DNA from: a virus
Lineage: Duplodnaviria > Caudoviricetes
Strand: one strand, 5' to 3'
Virus record (IMG/VR): IMGVR_UViG_3300037307_000169
Span: 856-64,855 of that record
Length of the DNA stretch: 64,000 nt
Below the pieces are notes generated by a model that saw nothing but the letters and a program-made list of their open reading frames with translations, had not been told where the DNA came from and made no database searches. Positions 9,895-18,255 of the stretch are shown here, in pieces (the first letter of the stretch is position 1; every line of letters starts with the position of its first letter). Made by a program: the position numbers and the translations under genes.

Positions 9895-10460
9895 GTTGCC
9901 TCCAAAATACCCTCAAAAACAACGCACCAGCCCCTGTGGTTGATGATCACCTCTGACAGGTAGTCAGGGTTTACCCCCTGCCAGATCGGCAGAATCCCGG
10001 CCCCGTAGGCAAATTTGGCGGCCAATTCGGAGCAGACCGCCCACCCCCCGGTCGAAAATATGCGGGCGAGCGGCGGCAGCAGATGGAGGGCGAGACGGTG
10101 GCCGGCGTACCAGCGGCCCTCCAGACGGTAGATGGCGTCCCAACCTAGCGCAAACCGGTAGGGGTCCATCCGCTCATGGCGGCCGATTAGGATCTGCTTG
10201 CCACGGTAGGCCTGCAAAAAATTCTGTCGGCGGTTGGTCCAGAGTGCTTCGAACGTGATAGGCGGGTCCGGCCGAATGATGATGCCGGCATGGGAATACT
10301 TAGCGCAGCCGTCAGCGCTCCAAAAAGACTCAACCGCTATGATGGCGCGGCCGAGCAACATGGGGTTCGCGGCGCAAAATAGGTCACCGGCCTGCAGCAG
10401 TGGGCATTGCGACATTGCAAACCTGTTGCTTACCGACCTCTCCTTCGGCGCGGAATTCAA
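9891..10460 (-). CDS. Permuted papain-like (NlpC/P60, YiiX-like) amidase/peptidase
   Basis: LQAGDLF...YSHAGI (His first), then VCSELAA (Cys later): the permuted catalytic order. Confidence 0.8.
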   Translation of the reverse strand: MNSAPKERSVSNRFAMSQCPLLQAGDLFCAANPMLLGRAIIAVESFWSADGCAKYSHAGIIIRPDPPITFEALWTNRRQNFLQAYRGKQILIGRHERMDPYRFALGWDAIYRLEGRWYAGHRLALHLLPPLARIFSTGGWAVCSELAAKFAYGAGILPIWQGVNPDYLSEVIINHRGWCVVFEGILEAT

Positions 10461-10827
10461 TGTACGTGTTGAGGGCGGACAAGCTGCCGTAAATTTCGAT
10501 CAGCCGCATCTTGATGCCCTCGGGCAGCTGTTCATAGGTCTTGTTAATTGTCGCCCGCTTGGCATCCATCTTGACGCCCTCCGACAACGGGTGCTGTTTG
10601 TCCAGGCCCATGGTTTGGGTGGTGTAGGCCACTGCGGAATTGATTACATCGTTAAGATATAAAATTGCAGACTTGTCGCGCTGGTCCTCGTTGGCCAACT
10701 TTTTTTCCTGCTGGATTTGGCGCAGCTTCCACACCCCGTATGCGGCGGCGGCACTGATCAGCATCACGGCGCCGGAAACCAAAGCCTCGAAAACACGGGT
10801 CAACCCTTGGGTAATTTCGGGGGCCAT
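10384..10827 (-). CDS. Holin-like membrane protein (LL-H-like)
   Basis: One N-terminal TM segment then INSAVAYTTQ, similar to LL-H holins; lies in a membrane-gene cluster. Confidence 0.5.
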   Translation of the reverse strand: MAPEITQGLTRVFEALVSGAVMLISAAAAYGVWKLRQIQQEKKLANEDQRDKSAILYLNDVINSAVAYTTQTMGLDKQHPLSEGVKMDAKRATINKTYEQLPEGIKMRLIEIYGSLSALNTYIEFRAEGEVGKQQVCNVAMPTAAGR

Positions 10828-10837
10828 TATTGCATCC

Positions 10838-11350
10838 TCACACGGGCAGCGTTGCCAGGCGGCGGGCGTCGGCCACGATGACGTCAATCCCGGCGTACAG
10901 GATCTCCAGGTCGGATTCTGAAATCAGCGCCACGTCGGGAAATTTCAGAGTGAGCTCGGAAAGCAGCAGGTAGGTTCCCCCTAGCTGCTGGTTGAACTTC
11001 AAAATCTGCTTGGACAGCAACAGGTTGAGATCGGCGTAGGTCATCTGCCCGGCCCTAAGCCGGTCCTTCAAGTCGGTTCCCCATTGGGCCAGGGCGCCGG
11101 CCTTGTATAAATCCCACACGATGCCGACCTTTGCGAGGGCGACCGCGTATTTGAGCGCGTCGCACGGGTTGGGCACCCGCTCGCGGATGAGCGATGGACC
11201 CTTCTTGCCGGCGGTGAGCGCGTCGAGCTGCGCGTTGCATTCCACCGAGGTCTTCATGGGATCCGGCAGGGTGATCTGGATTGGCGTCTGTTGCCAGTTG
11301 GCGCAGCCGAGCAACAGGATGGCGATTAGGACCGGGCTAAATTTTATCAT
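10838..11350 (-). CDS. Lipoprotein (spanin-like or other envelope protein)
   Basis: MIKFSPVLIAILLLGC lipobox. Confidence 0.6.
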   Translation of the reverse strand: MIKFSPVLIAILLLGCANWQQTPIQITLPDPMKTSVECNAQLDALTAGKKGPSLIRERVPNPCDALKYAVALAKVGIVWDLYKAGALAQWGTDLKDRLRAGQMTYADLNLLLSKQILKFNQQLGGTYLLLSELTLKFPDVALISESDLEILYAGIDVIVADARRLATLPV

Positions 11351-11741
11351 GCGTCTTCTCCGGGCAGCTGGTATTTTTTTTGCCGTCTTCATGCAACTTG
11401 TCGCGACAGACTTCTATTTCCCGGACGCTTTTGATGGTCCGGGCGGCACGCAGCGTCATCGCCACCACCATGGTGGTCAGGCCGATTGTGGTCAAGACAT
11501 CTCTCAGATTCCAGATCATCCCGTGCATGCGCTCAACGCATGTGCTAGGGTCGATCAATAGGCAGTGCCGATAATACAGGTTGACGCCGTTCTGGATGGC
11601 GAACCCAAAAAAAATAGCCATAACCATCGCGTAGACGGTGCTGGCCCTTCCCAACACAAACCACCACCAAGCAAAGAGGAATCCCCCGTAGGCGCCGATG
11701 ACTGTTTGCACCAGGTCGATCCAAAATCCGATACGCCACAC
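11337..11741 (-). CDS. Multi-pass membrane protein (holin/antiholin candidate)
   Basis: Three hydrophobic segments and a charged C-terminal tail. Confidence 0.5.
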   Translation of the reverse strand: MWRIGFWIDLVQTVIGAYGGFLFAWWWFVLGRASTVYAMVMAIFFGFAIQNGVNLYYRHCLLIDPSTCVERMHGMIWNLRDVLTTIGLTTMVVAMTLRAARTIKSVREIEVCRDKLHEDGKKNTSCPEKTHDKI

Positions 11742-11963
11742 TCAATTGGCCTTTTCCGTCATGCAATCAATTGCGGCACGTAAAACGCATTCTGGATTTT
11801 TACGGGCAATTGTTAAAAACCACTCCCCTTCGTGATCCAAGGTTGCCCTGAAAAGCGCCTCGGCTTTTTCGTCCATTTTTTCTCGTTTGGCCGTCAACCT
11901 GGCTATCCGCTCCTGGAACTCGGCGTCACGGCTGGTAAAGCGGAATAGGCTTTGGAGTTTCAT
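11742..11963 (-). CDS. Small coiled-coil hypothetical protein
   Basis: GGGGGAG RBS before ATG 11963. Confidence 0.5.
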   Translation of the reverse strand: MKLQSLFRFTSRDAEFQERIARLTAKREKMDEKAEALFRATLDHEGEWFLTIARKNPECVLRAAIDCMTEKAN

Positions 11964-12232
11964 CTCCCCCCCCCTCCATTGCCAAGACGGGCTTGCACAA
12001 GTGTTTCCAATAACGTCAAGATTTTGGCCTGACGTTCTATGTCTGCCTCCGAGGCCCTTACCATGGCCGACATCGCGGCGTCCTTCGAAAGGATCAAGCG
12101 ATAAAGCAGGTAGATCACACCCATTAAAGAAAATATCGCGGGCGACGCTTTGAAAATTTCTACCCATAACTTCCAGTCTCCCAATCCCCCTGGCGCCTGT
12201 ACTGGCTCTTCCGCTGCCTCGGCCTCCGACAA
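11960..12232 (-). CDS. Small single-TM protein (start uncertain)
   Basis: WKLWVEIFKASPAIFSLMGVIYLLYRLI followed by a coiled coil; resembles small phage holins. Confidence 0.4.
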   Translation of the reverse strand: MSEAEAAEEPVQAPGGLGDWKLWVEIFKASPAIFSLMGVIYLLYRLILSKDAAMSAMVRASEADIERQAKILTLLETLVQARLGNGGGGR

Positions 12233-12252
12233 AACCCCGAGGAAGCATGGCT

Positions 12253-12609
12253 TTATTTTGCGATTTTTATCCCTCTCACGCCAGTAGGAATCACGAAGGA
12301 AAAAGGGGCTGCAGAGCTCCACTCCTCGACCGTGGTCTTGGCCCCCGTCACCGTGTCGGTTACACTGAACTGCATCAACGCCTGCGCCTCCCCGTTGTAG
12401 TTTCCGGGGGCAATCTGCCCGAAATCGAACCAGAGGTGCTGGTCCTGTGGTTGACCCTCTGTCCATCCGCCCCAATTCACGCCGTCTTGGCTGATGCGCA
12501 CCCGATAGCGGATGTGGTTTGGGTCAGGGTCCGATGCAACAAACGGGGAGGCCACTGCAGTGGCGACGGCCAGCACCAGCGCCAAAAACACTAAAAAACT
12601 TTTTTTCAT
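12253..12609 (-). CDS. Secreted small beta-sandwich (FN3-like) protein; first gene after the candidate late promoter
   Basis: Sec signal MKKSFLVFLALVLAVATAVA; AAGGAG RBS. Confidence 0.65.
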   Translation of the reverse strand: MKKSFLVFLALVLAVATAVASPFVASDPDPNHIRYRVRISQDGVNWGGWTEGQPQDQHLWFDFGQIAPGNYNGEAQALMQFSVTDTVTGAKTTVEEWSSAAPFSFVIPTGVRGIKIAK

Positions 12610-12635
12610 ACAATTGCTCCTTGGATTGGGTTTTT

Positions 12636-12699
12636 GGGCTGGGGGCGCCTGGGGGTGTGCTTGGAACCCCCAGCCCGTGTGGGGGAAGGAAACACCCCC
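12636..12699 (-). promoter_or_regulatory. Structured 5' leader with two interleaved helices
   Basis: 12699-12692 complements 12658-12651 (8 bp); 12676-12667 complements 12645-12636 (10 bp). Confidence 0.45.
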
Positions 12700-12707
12700 T
12701 GCAAGAT

Positions 12708-12745
12708 ATGGTAGTCGAAATCCTACCGCCTTGCAATTTTTTTTT
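12708..12745 (-). promoter_or_regulatory. Sigma70-type promoter for the lysis/morphogenesis operon, overlapped by an inverted repeat
   Basis: A-tract UP element, TTGCAA (12736-12731), 17-nt spacer, TACCAT (12713-12708); TGCAAG..GGTAG / CTACC..CTTGCA dyad at 12700-12735. Confidence 0.7.
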
Positions 12746-12965
12746 GACGGGGGATCTGGTGCTTTAAAACCAACCGGCCGTTGGTCCGGATCTCGCGCAC
12801 GGTAAAATTTCCCGGGTACAACGCAACCCCGTCCGGCTGTATGAACGCCACCCGCACATTGGCGCCGGTATGCAGCTGCCGCGGGTCAGCGATTAAAAGC
12901 CTGATCGGCGCAGATTTTGGCTTCTCGGGTTGCGGCGGCGGCTGCACGTTTACGTCTTCGCTCAT
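12723..12965 (-). CDS. Hypothetical protein
   Basis: AAAGGGG RBS; 80 aa. Confidence 0.55.
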   Translation of the reverse strand: MSEDVNVQPPPQPEKPKSAPIRLLIADPRQLHTGANVRVAFIQPDGVALYPGNFTVREIRTNGRLVLKHQIPRQKKIARR

Positions 12966-13164
12966 GTCTGTCCCCTTTGGCGGTGCTGGCCCACTCAAAA
13001 ATGGCCTCCCAGCTGAATTTGTAAATTCTGCCGACGATAAGGTAGTGCACCCCTTGCGTTATCAAGTTTTCGTCCACCCATCTGTAAATCGTCTGCGGGT
13101 TGACGCCCAGCCTGCCCCCGAGCTCGTTGGCTGAAATCCATTCGTCGGTCTTCGGATCACTCAT
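12886..13164 (-). CDS. Excisionase/MerR-like helix-turn-helix protein
   Basis: WISANELGGRLGVNPQTIYRWV...YLIVGRIYKF. Confidence 0.8.
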   Translation of the reverse strand: MSDPKTDEWISANELGGRLGVNPQTIYRWVDENLITQGVHYLIVGRIYKFSWEAIFEWASTAKGDRHERRRKRAAAAATREAKICADQAFNR

Positions 13165-13171
13165 GTCACAC

Positions 13172-13903
13172 CTACACGATGATTGGAATTGTAATGCCCT
13201 TGGACTTACAGTAATCGCCGATCTGCAGCCTGATCCAGTTGGCCATGTTTGCCCGCAGCTCGCTTTCCCGGGCAGGCCGGCACACATCCATGAGCGCGAC
13301 TCTCAACCCCTTATCCACCCGCAAAAAGCAGTCACTGGCGGGCGCCGGCAAGTCCGGCCACCAATTCGCAAGCGCAAGAGAAAAGAATTCCGGCAGCGAA
13401 TCCTGGCGCACCTCCACCCCGTGTTTCATGTACACGCGCTGAGTGGTGCCGTTGTCAATCGACTCGGTTTGATTGTCCTCGACCATGCTGCTGACGATCT
13501 GCAGCACCCGTTGCAGCTGCCCATCCCAGGCAAAGCTCTGTTTGGCGGCAATGATGAAGTTTTGCTGCGACATATACTCACCCCACCGCCAACGATTGTT
13601 GCTGGTACACTCGGCCTTGACCAGCGTCCAGCGCTGGTATTCGGTCTGGACCGATGAAACCAAACGCACCAACCGGCTGTTGACGACATGCACGATGAGC
13701 TTTGTTTTCTCGTCCAAACGGTCGATTTCATCGCTGACCGAGACGATATAGTCGACGACCCCCCGCAGCGTGTCGGTCACCAGCGGTTCGGGCGTTGGCG
13801 GCATCACCCGATACAGATCGCGGTTGCACCAGGTTTGCCCGTTGATATCCTCGATCACGGGGCGGTCCAGTTTTACCAGGTACTTCAACGCTTCTTTGAT
13901 CAT
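13172..13903 (-). CDS. Conserved phage protein (usual partner of the so-called replication terminator protein)
   Basis: MIKEALKYLV...TLRGVVDYI pattern; gene pair recognised from temperate-type phages. Confidence 0.55.
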   Translation of the reverse strand: MIKEALKYLVKLDRPVIEDINGQTWCNRDLYRVMPPTPEPLVTDTLRGVVDYIVSVSDEIDRLDEKTKLIVHVVNSRLVRLVSSVQTEYQRWTLVKAECTSNNRWRWGEYMSQQNFIIAAKQSFAWDGQLQRVLQIVSSMVEDNQTESIDNGTTQRVYMKHGVEVRQDSLPEFFSLALANWWPDLPAPASDCFLRVDKGLRVALMDVCRPARESELRANMANWIRLQIGDYCKSKGITIPIIV

Positions 13904-14322
13904 GCGTCACCTTCCTTTCGCGTGATCTCGCTCCATCCGCCGTCTCGGATCATCTGGCGCGTCGTGTCGTCTGCCAGCTTCCACCCGTTGTAGGAGGGGA
14001 TCGCTTTCTTGTTGAAGAGCTGCTGCTGCGCGTCGACATACTCGCGCGCCACGCCCCGGCCGCGTTCATCGATGCCGATGCGCAGCGCCGCACCGACAAA
14101 TTTCAGCCGGCCGTTAACCGCTTCCAGGTGGAATTCCGGGTATAGTTCATCGCGCCGGTTGTTGGGGGTCAGCTTCACGGTCAACTTGAGTTTCCGCGGG
14201 CTCGCGTCGTAGTTGGGGTCCATGCAGTTTTTCAGCAGGCGCTCGAGCGCTGCGTCGAACCGGGCCAACACGTCACCATCCATCCAGTTGTCGAGACTGA
14301 CATCAACGTCCTTGGTGGGCAT
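13900..14322 (-). CDS. Conserved phage protein ('replication terminator protein'-like family)
   Basis: FDAALERLLKNCMDPN...RKLKLTVKLTP motif. Confidence 0.6.
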   Translation of the reverse strand: MPTKDVDVSLDNWMDGDVLARFDAALERLLKNCMDPNYDASPRKLKLTVKLTPNNRRDELYPEFHLEAVNGRLKFVGAALRIGIDERGRGVAREYVDAQQQLFNKKAIPSYNGWKLADDTTRQMIRDGGWSEITRKEGDA

Positions 14323-14337
14323 CTATACCTCCTGTGG

Positions 14338-14868
14338 TTAGTTTATTTTTTTTCCGATCCCCGCGAGCAGGCCGGCGACCTTGGGCTCGACCGGCCCCAG
14401 GCGCTGCGGATCCCCGGCGCACACATCGAGCGCGCCGGCGTAGGCGACCTTGAACTCCTTGACGAACCACTTCGTCTCCTCCTCGGTCAGGGTTTCGCAG
14501 AGCGAACGCCAGTTGTACCGGCCGGCGAAGAGGTGCGCCGTGACCGGGTCGGTCCACTTGGGCTCGTGCAAATAGCCGTTGGTACGCATCGCCGCGACCA
14601 CGACGGCCGCCTGCTGCTCGGCGGAGGACTCGATCGCCGGGCGGGGGTCGACCCGCTCGAGGATCTCCGAGATCTTGGGAAACCATTTCGAAGTTTTGAT
14701 ATGCGCCGTGAATGCCCGCTTGATCTTGTCGATCGGCAACCCATCCAGCGCGTCATGGTACATCTCGATCACCTCGGGCTCGAGCTTCGCCTGGTAGTAG
14801 TTGAGTGTCGCCGCAAGTATCACGTCCAGCTGCCGCTGCCTCTCTCTCCTCTGCCTGTCTGCGCTCAT
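14338..14868 (-). CDS. Helicase loader/inhibitor-like protein (G39P / DUF6475-like)
   Basis: YHDALDGLP...AFTAHIKTSKWFPKISEI; directly downstream of the initiator gene. Confidence 0.7.
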   Translation of the reverse strand: MSADRQRRERQRQLDVILAATLNYYQAKLEPEVIEMYHDALDGLPIDKIKRAFTAHIKTSKWFPKISEILERVDPRPAIESSAEQQAAVVVAAMRTNGYLHEPKWTDPVTAHLFAGRYNWRSLCETLTEEETKWFVKEFKVAYAGALDVCAGDPQRLGPVEPKVAGLLAGIGKKIN

Positions 14869-15679
14869 ACTCCCTCCGTGCGAACGGTTCCATGCGCTGC
14901 CGCCGGGGATCGGCCGCCCGGCCGGCGTTGTGTTTGAGCGGGAAGAGCCCCTGCCATCCGCTGCGGATCGACGTCTCGATGATCTCGCGCTGGTCGCCGC
15001 AGTGCGCCTGCAGGAGCGCGATGGATTTTTCGACCGCCTTCTCCGTCAGCGGTTTCTTGATCTCCGACCGGTGGGCCACAAAATCGTCCCAGGACTTGGC
15101 GTCGAGCCAGCCGTGTCCGTTCTGCTGCAGCTCGTCTCCGGTGGGTGGGTTGTACTTGGCGGGAGGTTTCTTGGGTTTTGCCGGTGGTCCCCCCGAAGGG
15201 GGGGTAGGGGGGGTTCTAGTTACTGTTTCTGTTTCTGTTTCTGGAATGGCATACCCTATGGCTAACCGTTCCTGTAACCGTACCACCAACGGTTTATGAT
15301 ATGGTTTTGTCAACCATTCCAAAATACCTGAAAATTCAGAAGGAACCGCCGGAAGCGCGTTTACGATGTTAACACACGCTATCGAATGCTTCTCATTTTG
15401 AACCGGATTGTACTTCAGGTGATTGCGCACAAAAACGAGTTGAGTCTCATCATGGTAAAAAATAAACCGTTCAGCTAACAGTATGCCAAACGGTATAGCT
15501 AACCGTTCCGATCTCCAGCCCAAATCACATTCAATATATTTTTTTGGTAATCGATACAGGCCGATAGAGTTGGAATGAGGCGATGAAATTATGTAGAGGA
15601 AAAGCAGTTTGGCGTCGTCTGAAAGGGTTAAAAATTTTTGATCATGCCACACCTGGCAAAATAAAGCCTGATACCTCAT
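14753..15679 (-). CDS. Phage replication initiator (replisome organiser)
   Basis: W.D.KF..LSDDAKLLFLYIISSPHSNSIGLY N-terminus, ETETET linker, C-terminal WDDFVAHRSEIKKPLT...SIRSGWQGLF domain. Confidence 0.85.
   Translation of the reverse strand: MRYQALFCQVWHDQKFLTLSDDAKLLFLYIISSPHSNSIGLYRLPKKYIECDLGWRSERLAIPFGILLAERFIFYHDETQLVFVRNHLKYNPVQNEKHSIACVNIVNALPAVPSEFSGILEWLTKPYHKPLVVRLQERLAIGYAIPETETETVTRTPPTPPSGGPPAKPKKPPAKYNPPTGDELQQNGHGWLDAKSWDDFVAHRSEIKKPLTEKAVEKSIALLQAHCGDQREIIETSIRSGWQGLFPLKHNAGRAADPRRQRMEPFARREYERRQAEEREAAAAGRDTCGDTQLLPGEARARGDRDVP
15261..15509. repeat. Iteron-like AACCGTT repeats inside the initiator gene (candidate origin)
   Basis: GCTAACCGTTCC at 15261 and 15498; AACCGTT-like copies at 15276, 15288 (reverse), 15465 and 15489 (reverse); AT-rich spacer between the clusters. 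Confidence 0.55.
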
Positions 15680-15709
15680 CCAACACCCCCGATCGTGTTT
15701 GCGTGGATT

Positions 15710-15738
15710 AGACTACCCTGGCCGCACCTGGATGTCAA
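15710..15738 (-). promoter_or_regulatory. Leftward sigma70 promoter (replication operon)
   Basis: TTGACA (15738-15733), N17, TAGTCT (15715-15710). Confidence 0.65.
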
Positions 15739-15760
15739 TGACACTTTTTGTCATCATACT

Positions 15761-15801
15761 CTCGCGAGAGTCTCGCGAGTGACTCGCGAGTGGCTCGCGA
15801 G
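15761..15801. repeat. Four CTCGCGAG palindromes at an exact 11-bp period
   Basis: Copies start at 15761, 15772, 15783 and 15794. Confidence 0.95.
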
Positions 15802-15828
15802 TCTTTGTCACATCATGTCATTTTTTTA

Positions 15829-15857
15829 TTGACATTGGACCCGCAAAGGACTACTAT
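15829..15857 (+). promoter_or_regulatory. Rightward sigma70 promoter (early operon)
   Basis: TTGACA (15829-15834), N17, TACTAT (15852-15857). Confidence 0.8.
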
Positions 15858-15899
15858 AGGCCACCCTGGAATTCAACCCCAAACAAACAGGAGGTGCTT

Positions 15900-16157
15900 A
15901 TGTTGGAGTCTTGGAACGGAGTATATGTCAACGTCTATCCCGCCGAAGTCTATTCCCGCCATCTTCGCAGCGATCATCCCTTCACCCGCAAGCTCCACCG
16001 CGACCGCGAGCTCTACACCATGGGCATGGCCCGCCTGGCCAAGCGCGCCCGGCTGTTTCACCGCACGGCCTGGTGGACCGAGCGCCGCCGCGAGCTCAAT
16101 CAACTGATCTGGACCACCTGCCCGGTGTGCTGCAACCTGCGCGCCGGCGTGTTTTAG
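15900..16157 (+). CDS. First early gene, hypothetical
   Basis: CAGGAGG RBS; 85 aa; C-terminal CPVCC. Confidence 0.7.
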   Translation: MLESWNGVYVNVYPAEVYSRHLRSDHPFTRKLHRDRELYTMGMARLAKRARLFHRTAWWTERRRELNQLIWTTCPVCCNLRAGVF

Positions 16158-16167
16158 GGAGGGTCCA

Positions 16168-16473
16168 ATGCTCAGCAAAATGATCAAGTATCGCAGAGTT
16201 TTTGGTTTCGAGGAGGGCAAGCCGAGCATCGAGGTGCCCTGCCAGGAGTCCGGCGAGCCGCTGCCCGATTACGCCGACCTGGTTGCCAAGCTGCAGCTCG
16301 AGGTCGAGCTCGGCAACCTGGTCGACCAGGGCGTGCGCAAGTATGAGTTCGGCTGGGTCGCGCAGCGCTTGGTCTGCGCCTGCGGCAGAGTGGTCTCTCT
16401 GGAGACGCAAACCAACCGGTGCCCCTGCGGGCGCCAGTATGGCCTGACGGGCCAATGTATAGGGGGTGTTTGA
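16168..16473 (+). CDS. Hypothetical protein with a C-terminal Zn ribbon
   Basis: CACG...CPCGRQYGLTGQ; GGAGGG RBS. Confidence 0.65.
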   Translation: MLSKMIKYRRVFGFEEGKPSIEVPCQESGEPLPDYADLVAKLQLEVELGNLVDQGVRKYEFGWVAQRLVCACGRVVSLETQTNRCPCGRQYGLTGQCIGGV

Positions 16474-16727
16474 TGGAAAAAAAAGAATTCGTTCGCCTGA
16501 TGATGATCGCCAGATTTTGCGACGTGGGAAAGTCGTTAGATTATTTAGCCGGGTACCAACGCGGCTTGCGTCGCACTTACCACGGTAAGGCCTTTGGAAC
16601 GGAGGAGGAGCACGCGAAGTATTTGTCCTTGGTCGATGACATCGACCCCGCCAGGGTTGAGCTGGGCCGCGGATATCGTGACGGATTGCAGGGTAAATCC
16701 ATAATTCCACTGAGAGGTGAGCAATGA
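16473..16727 (+). CDS. Conserved small phage protein
   Basis: DYLAGYQRGLRR.YHG..FGT.EEH...GRGYRDGL motif; TGATG coupling to the upstream gene. Confidence 0.65.
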   Translation: MEKKEFVRLMMIARFCDVGKSLDYLAGYQRGLRRTYHGKAFGTEEEHAKYLSLVDDIDPARVELGRGYRDGLQGKSIIPLRGEQ

Positions 16728-17110
16728 TCCAGCAGATAAAGCCCATTACTATCTTTCGCGGCGAAGAGATCCTCGCGCACCACACGACCGCAAGCCCGCT
16801 ATCGCACTATGGCCAAGCGGTTTGGGTGGTCGAGGTTTATGAGCCGGACCCCGGGCCGGCGACCTGGCGGCAGAACGATATCAGGATCGACATAGTCGTC
16901 CTGGAGACGCGCGGCGGCTGGCTGGTATGCCGGCAGCCGGACGGGAACCTGTGCGGCATCATCTGGTCCGATGGGAGCTACCACGCGGACCTGATTGTGG
17001 ATGCGGCAGGCCGGCCGTGCAAGCGGCTGGAAAAAAACGGCAGGTATCAGGTGCGGCACACCGTAAAAATATACGACGACCCGGACGACCTGGGCGCAAT
17101 ACTTTTTTGA
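16724..17110 (+). CDS. Hypothetical protein
   Basis: GAGGTG RBS; ATGA overlap. Confidence 0.6.
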   Translation: MIQQIKPITIFRGEEILAHHTTASPLSHYGQAVWVVEVYEPDPGPATWRQNDIRIDIVVLETRGGWLVCRQPDGNLCGIIWSDGSYHADLIVDAAGRPCKRLEKNGRYQVRHTVKIYDDPDDLGAILF

Positions 17111-17119
17111 AGGGGGTGG

Positions 17120-18013
17120 ATGATGGCAACAGAAAAGAAGAGAGGGTGCGGCTATCGCAAAATCGGCGGGTTGTACCTGGTGACCGACGGCGGGGGGAGC
17201 CCCTGCGACCGGCTGCCGTTTGAGCTCGACGTGTGCCCCACCTGCGGCGGGGGCATCAAGCCGGCGCGGGGCTGGAGCTGGTTCAGCCCTGCCGGCCTGT
17301 TTCTGGACGACCACCTCGGCGGGATCGGCGCCGAGACGGTGATCGGCGAGGGGGATTTCAGTGAGCACGAAGGCTTCACCCCCTGCAGCTGCCCGGACGC
17401 CTGCCCGGTCTGCCACGTCCGCAAGCACTTTGAATGGAGGTCCGACGACGGCGCCGACGGACCCGATAAGGACTATATCCGCGCGGGCCTGCTGTGGGTT
17501 GGCGAGCAGCACTATCCCCGCCCCCAGGATTTCGCGGCCGAGAGCGCTCTGCAGGGCATCAGCCGGAGGATATCGACGCTTCCGAAGGGCTTTATAGTGG
17601 GGCATACCTGGGTATTCCTGGCTCACCGAAAGTGCAGCCGCGGCCCCCGGGCGTGCCCTGACTGTCAGGGCGGGGGCCTGCCGCAGCCGGACGCGGCGTT
17701 GACGGGAAATCTATTCTGCCCGCGCTGCAAAGGGTCGGGGACCGATGAGCCCACGTTCAAAGGTATTTTCATGGCGTTCCGGCCCCAGCGCATCGAGCGC
17801 GTCGTCAAGCAGTCCGAATACGATCACTTCAAGGCGCTTTTTGCGGCGCACGTACGCACGGTCCTCGAAGGCGGCAAGTGGTATAATTTCGTTCCCGACC
17901 AGGACGAAATCTTCTGGCGTCTCAAGCGCGACACCGACCGCGGCATCACCCTGGTCCCGGTACCCGATGACGACCCCGATCATCAACCCCGCAACGGCAA
18001 GGAGGACGACTGA
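17120..18013 (+). CDS. Cys-rich conserved phage protein (several Zn-binding motifs)
   Basis: KRGCGYRKIGGLYL N-terminus; CPTC, CSC/CPVCH, CPDC and CPRC motifs. Confidence 0.65.
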   Translation: MMATEKKRGCGYRKIGGLYLVTDGGGSPCDRLPFELDVCPTCGGGIKPARGWSWFSPAGLFLDDHLGGIGAETVIGEGDFSEHEGFTPCSCPDACPVCHVRKHFEWRSDDGADGPDKDYIRAGLLWVGEQHYPRPQDFAAESALQGISRRISTLPKGFIVGHTWVFLAHRKCSRGPRACPDCQGGGLPQPDAALTGNLFCPRCKGSGTDEPTFKGIFMAFRPQRIERVVKQSEYDHFKALFAAHVRTVLEGGKWYNFVPDQDEIFWRLKRDTDRGITLVPVPDDDPDHQPRNGKEDD

Positions 18014-18255
18014 TGGCGAAATTCGGCAAATGCACCAAGTGCCAGTTGCTTCTCAACTGGCCCGAGAACGTCAACATCGAGCAGATGCAGTGCCCGTGCG
18101 GGCACAAGCTGGTCTCCTCGGACTACGGGGACGTCCAGCGGCTGCCGGTCAAGTGGTATGGCCGGGTCATCCCCGTGACGGGCCAGATCGGACTTTACAC
18201 GCTCGCGGAAGCAAACTACATCGGCGACGATCGGCGTCGCAGAAAGAGGCGGTAA
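18013..18255 (+). CDS. Small Zn-ribbon protein
   Basis: CTKC...CPCG; coupled start and stop. Confidence 0.6.
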   Translation: MAKFGKCTKCQLLLNWPENVNIEQMQCPCGHKLVSSDYGDVQRLPVKWYGRVIPVTGQIGLYTLAEANYIGDDRRRRKRR

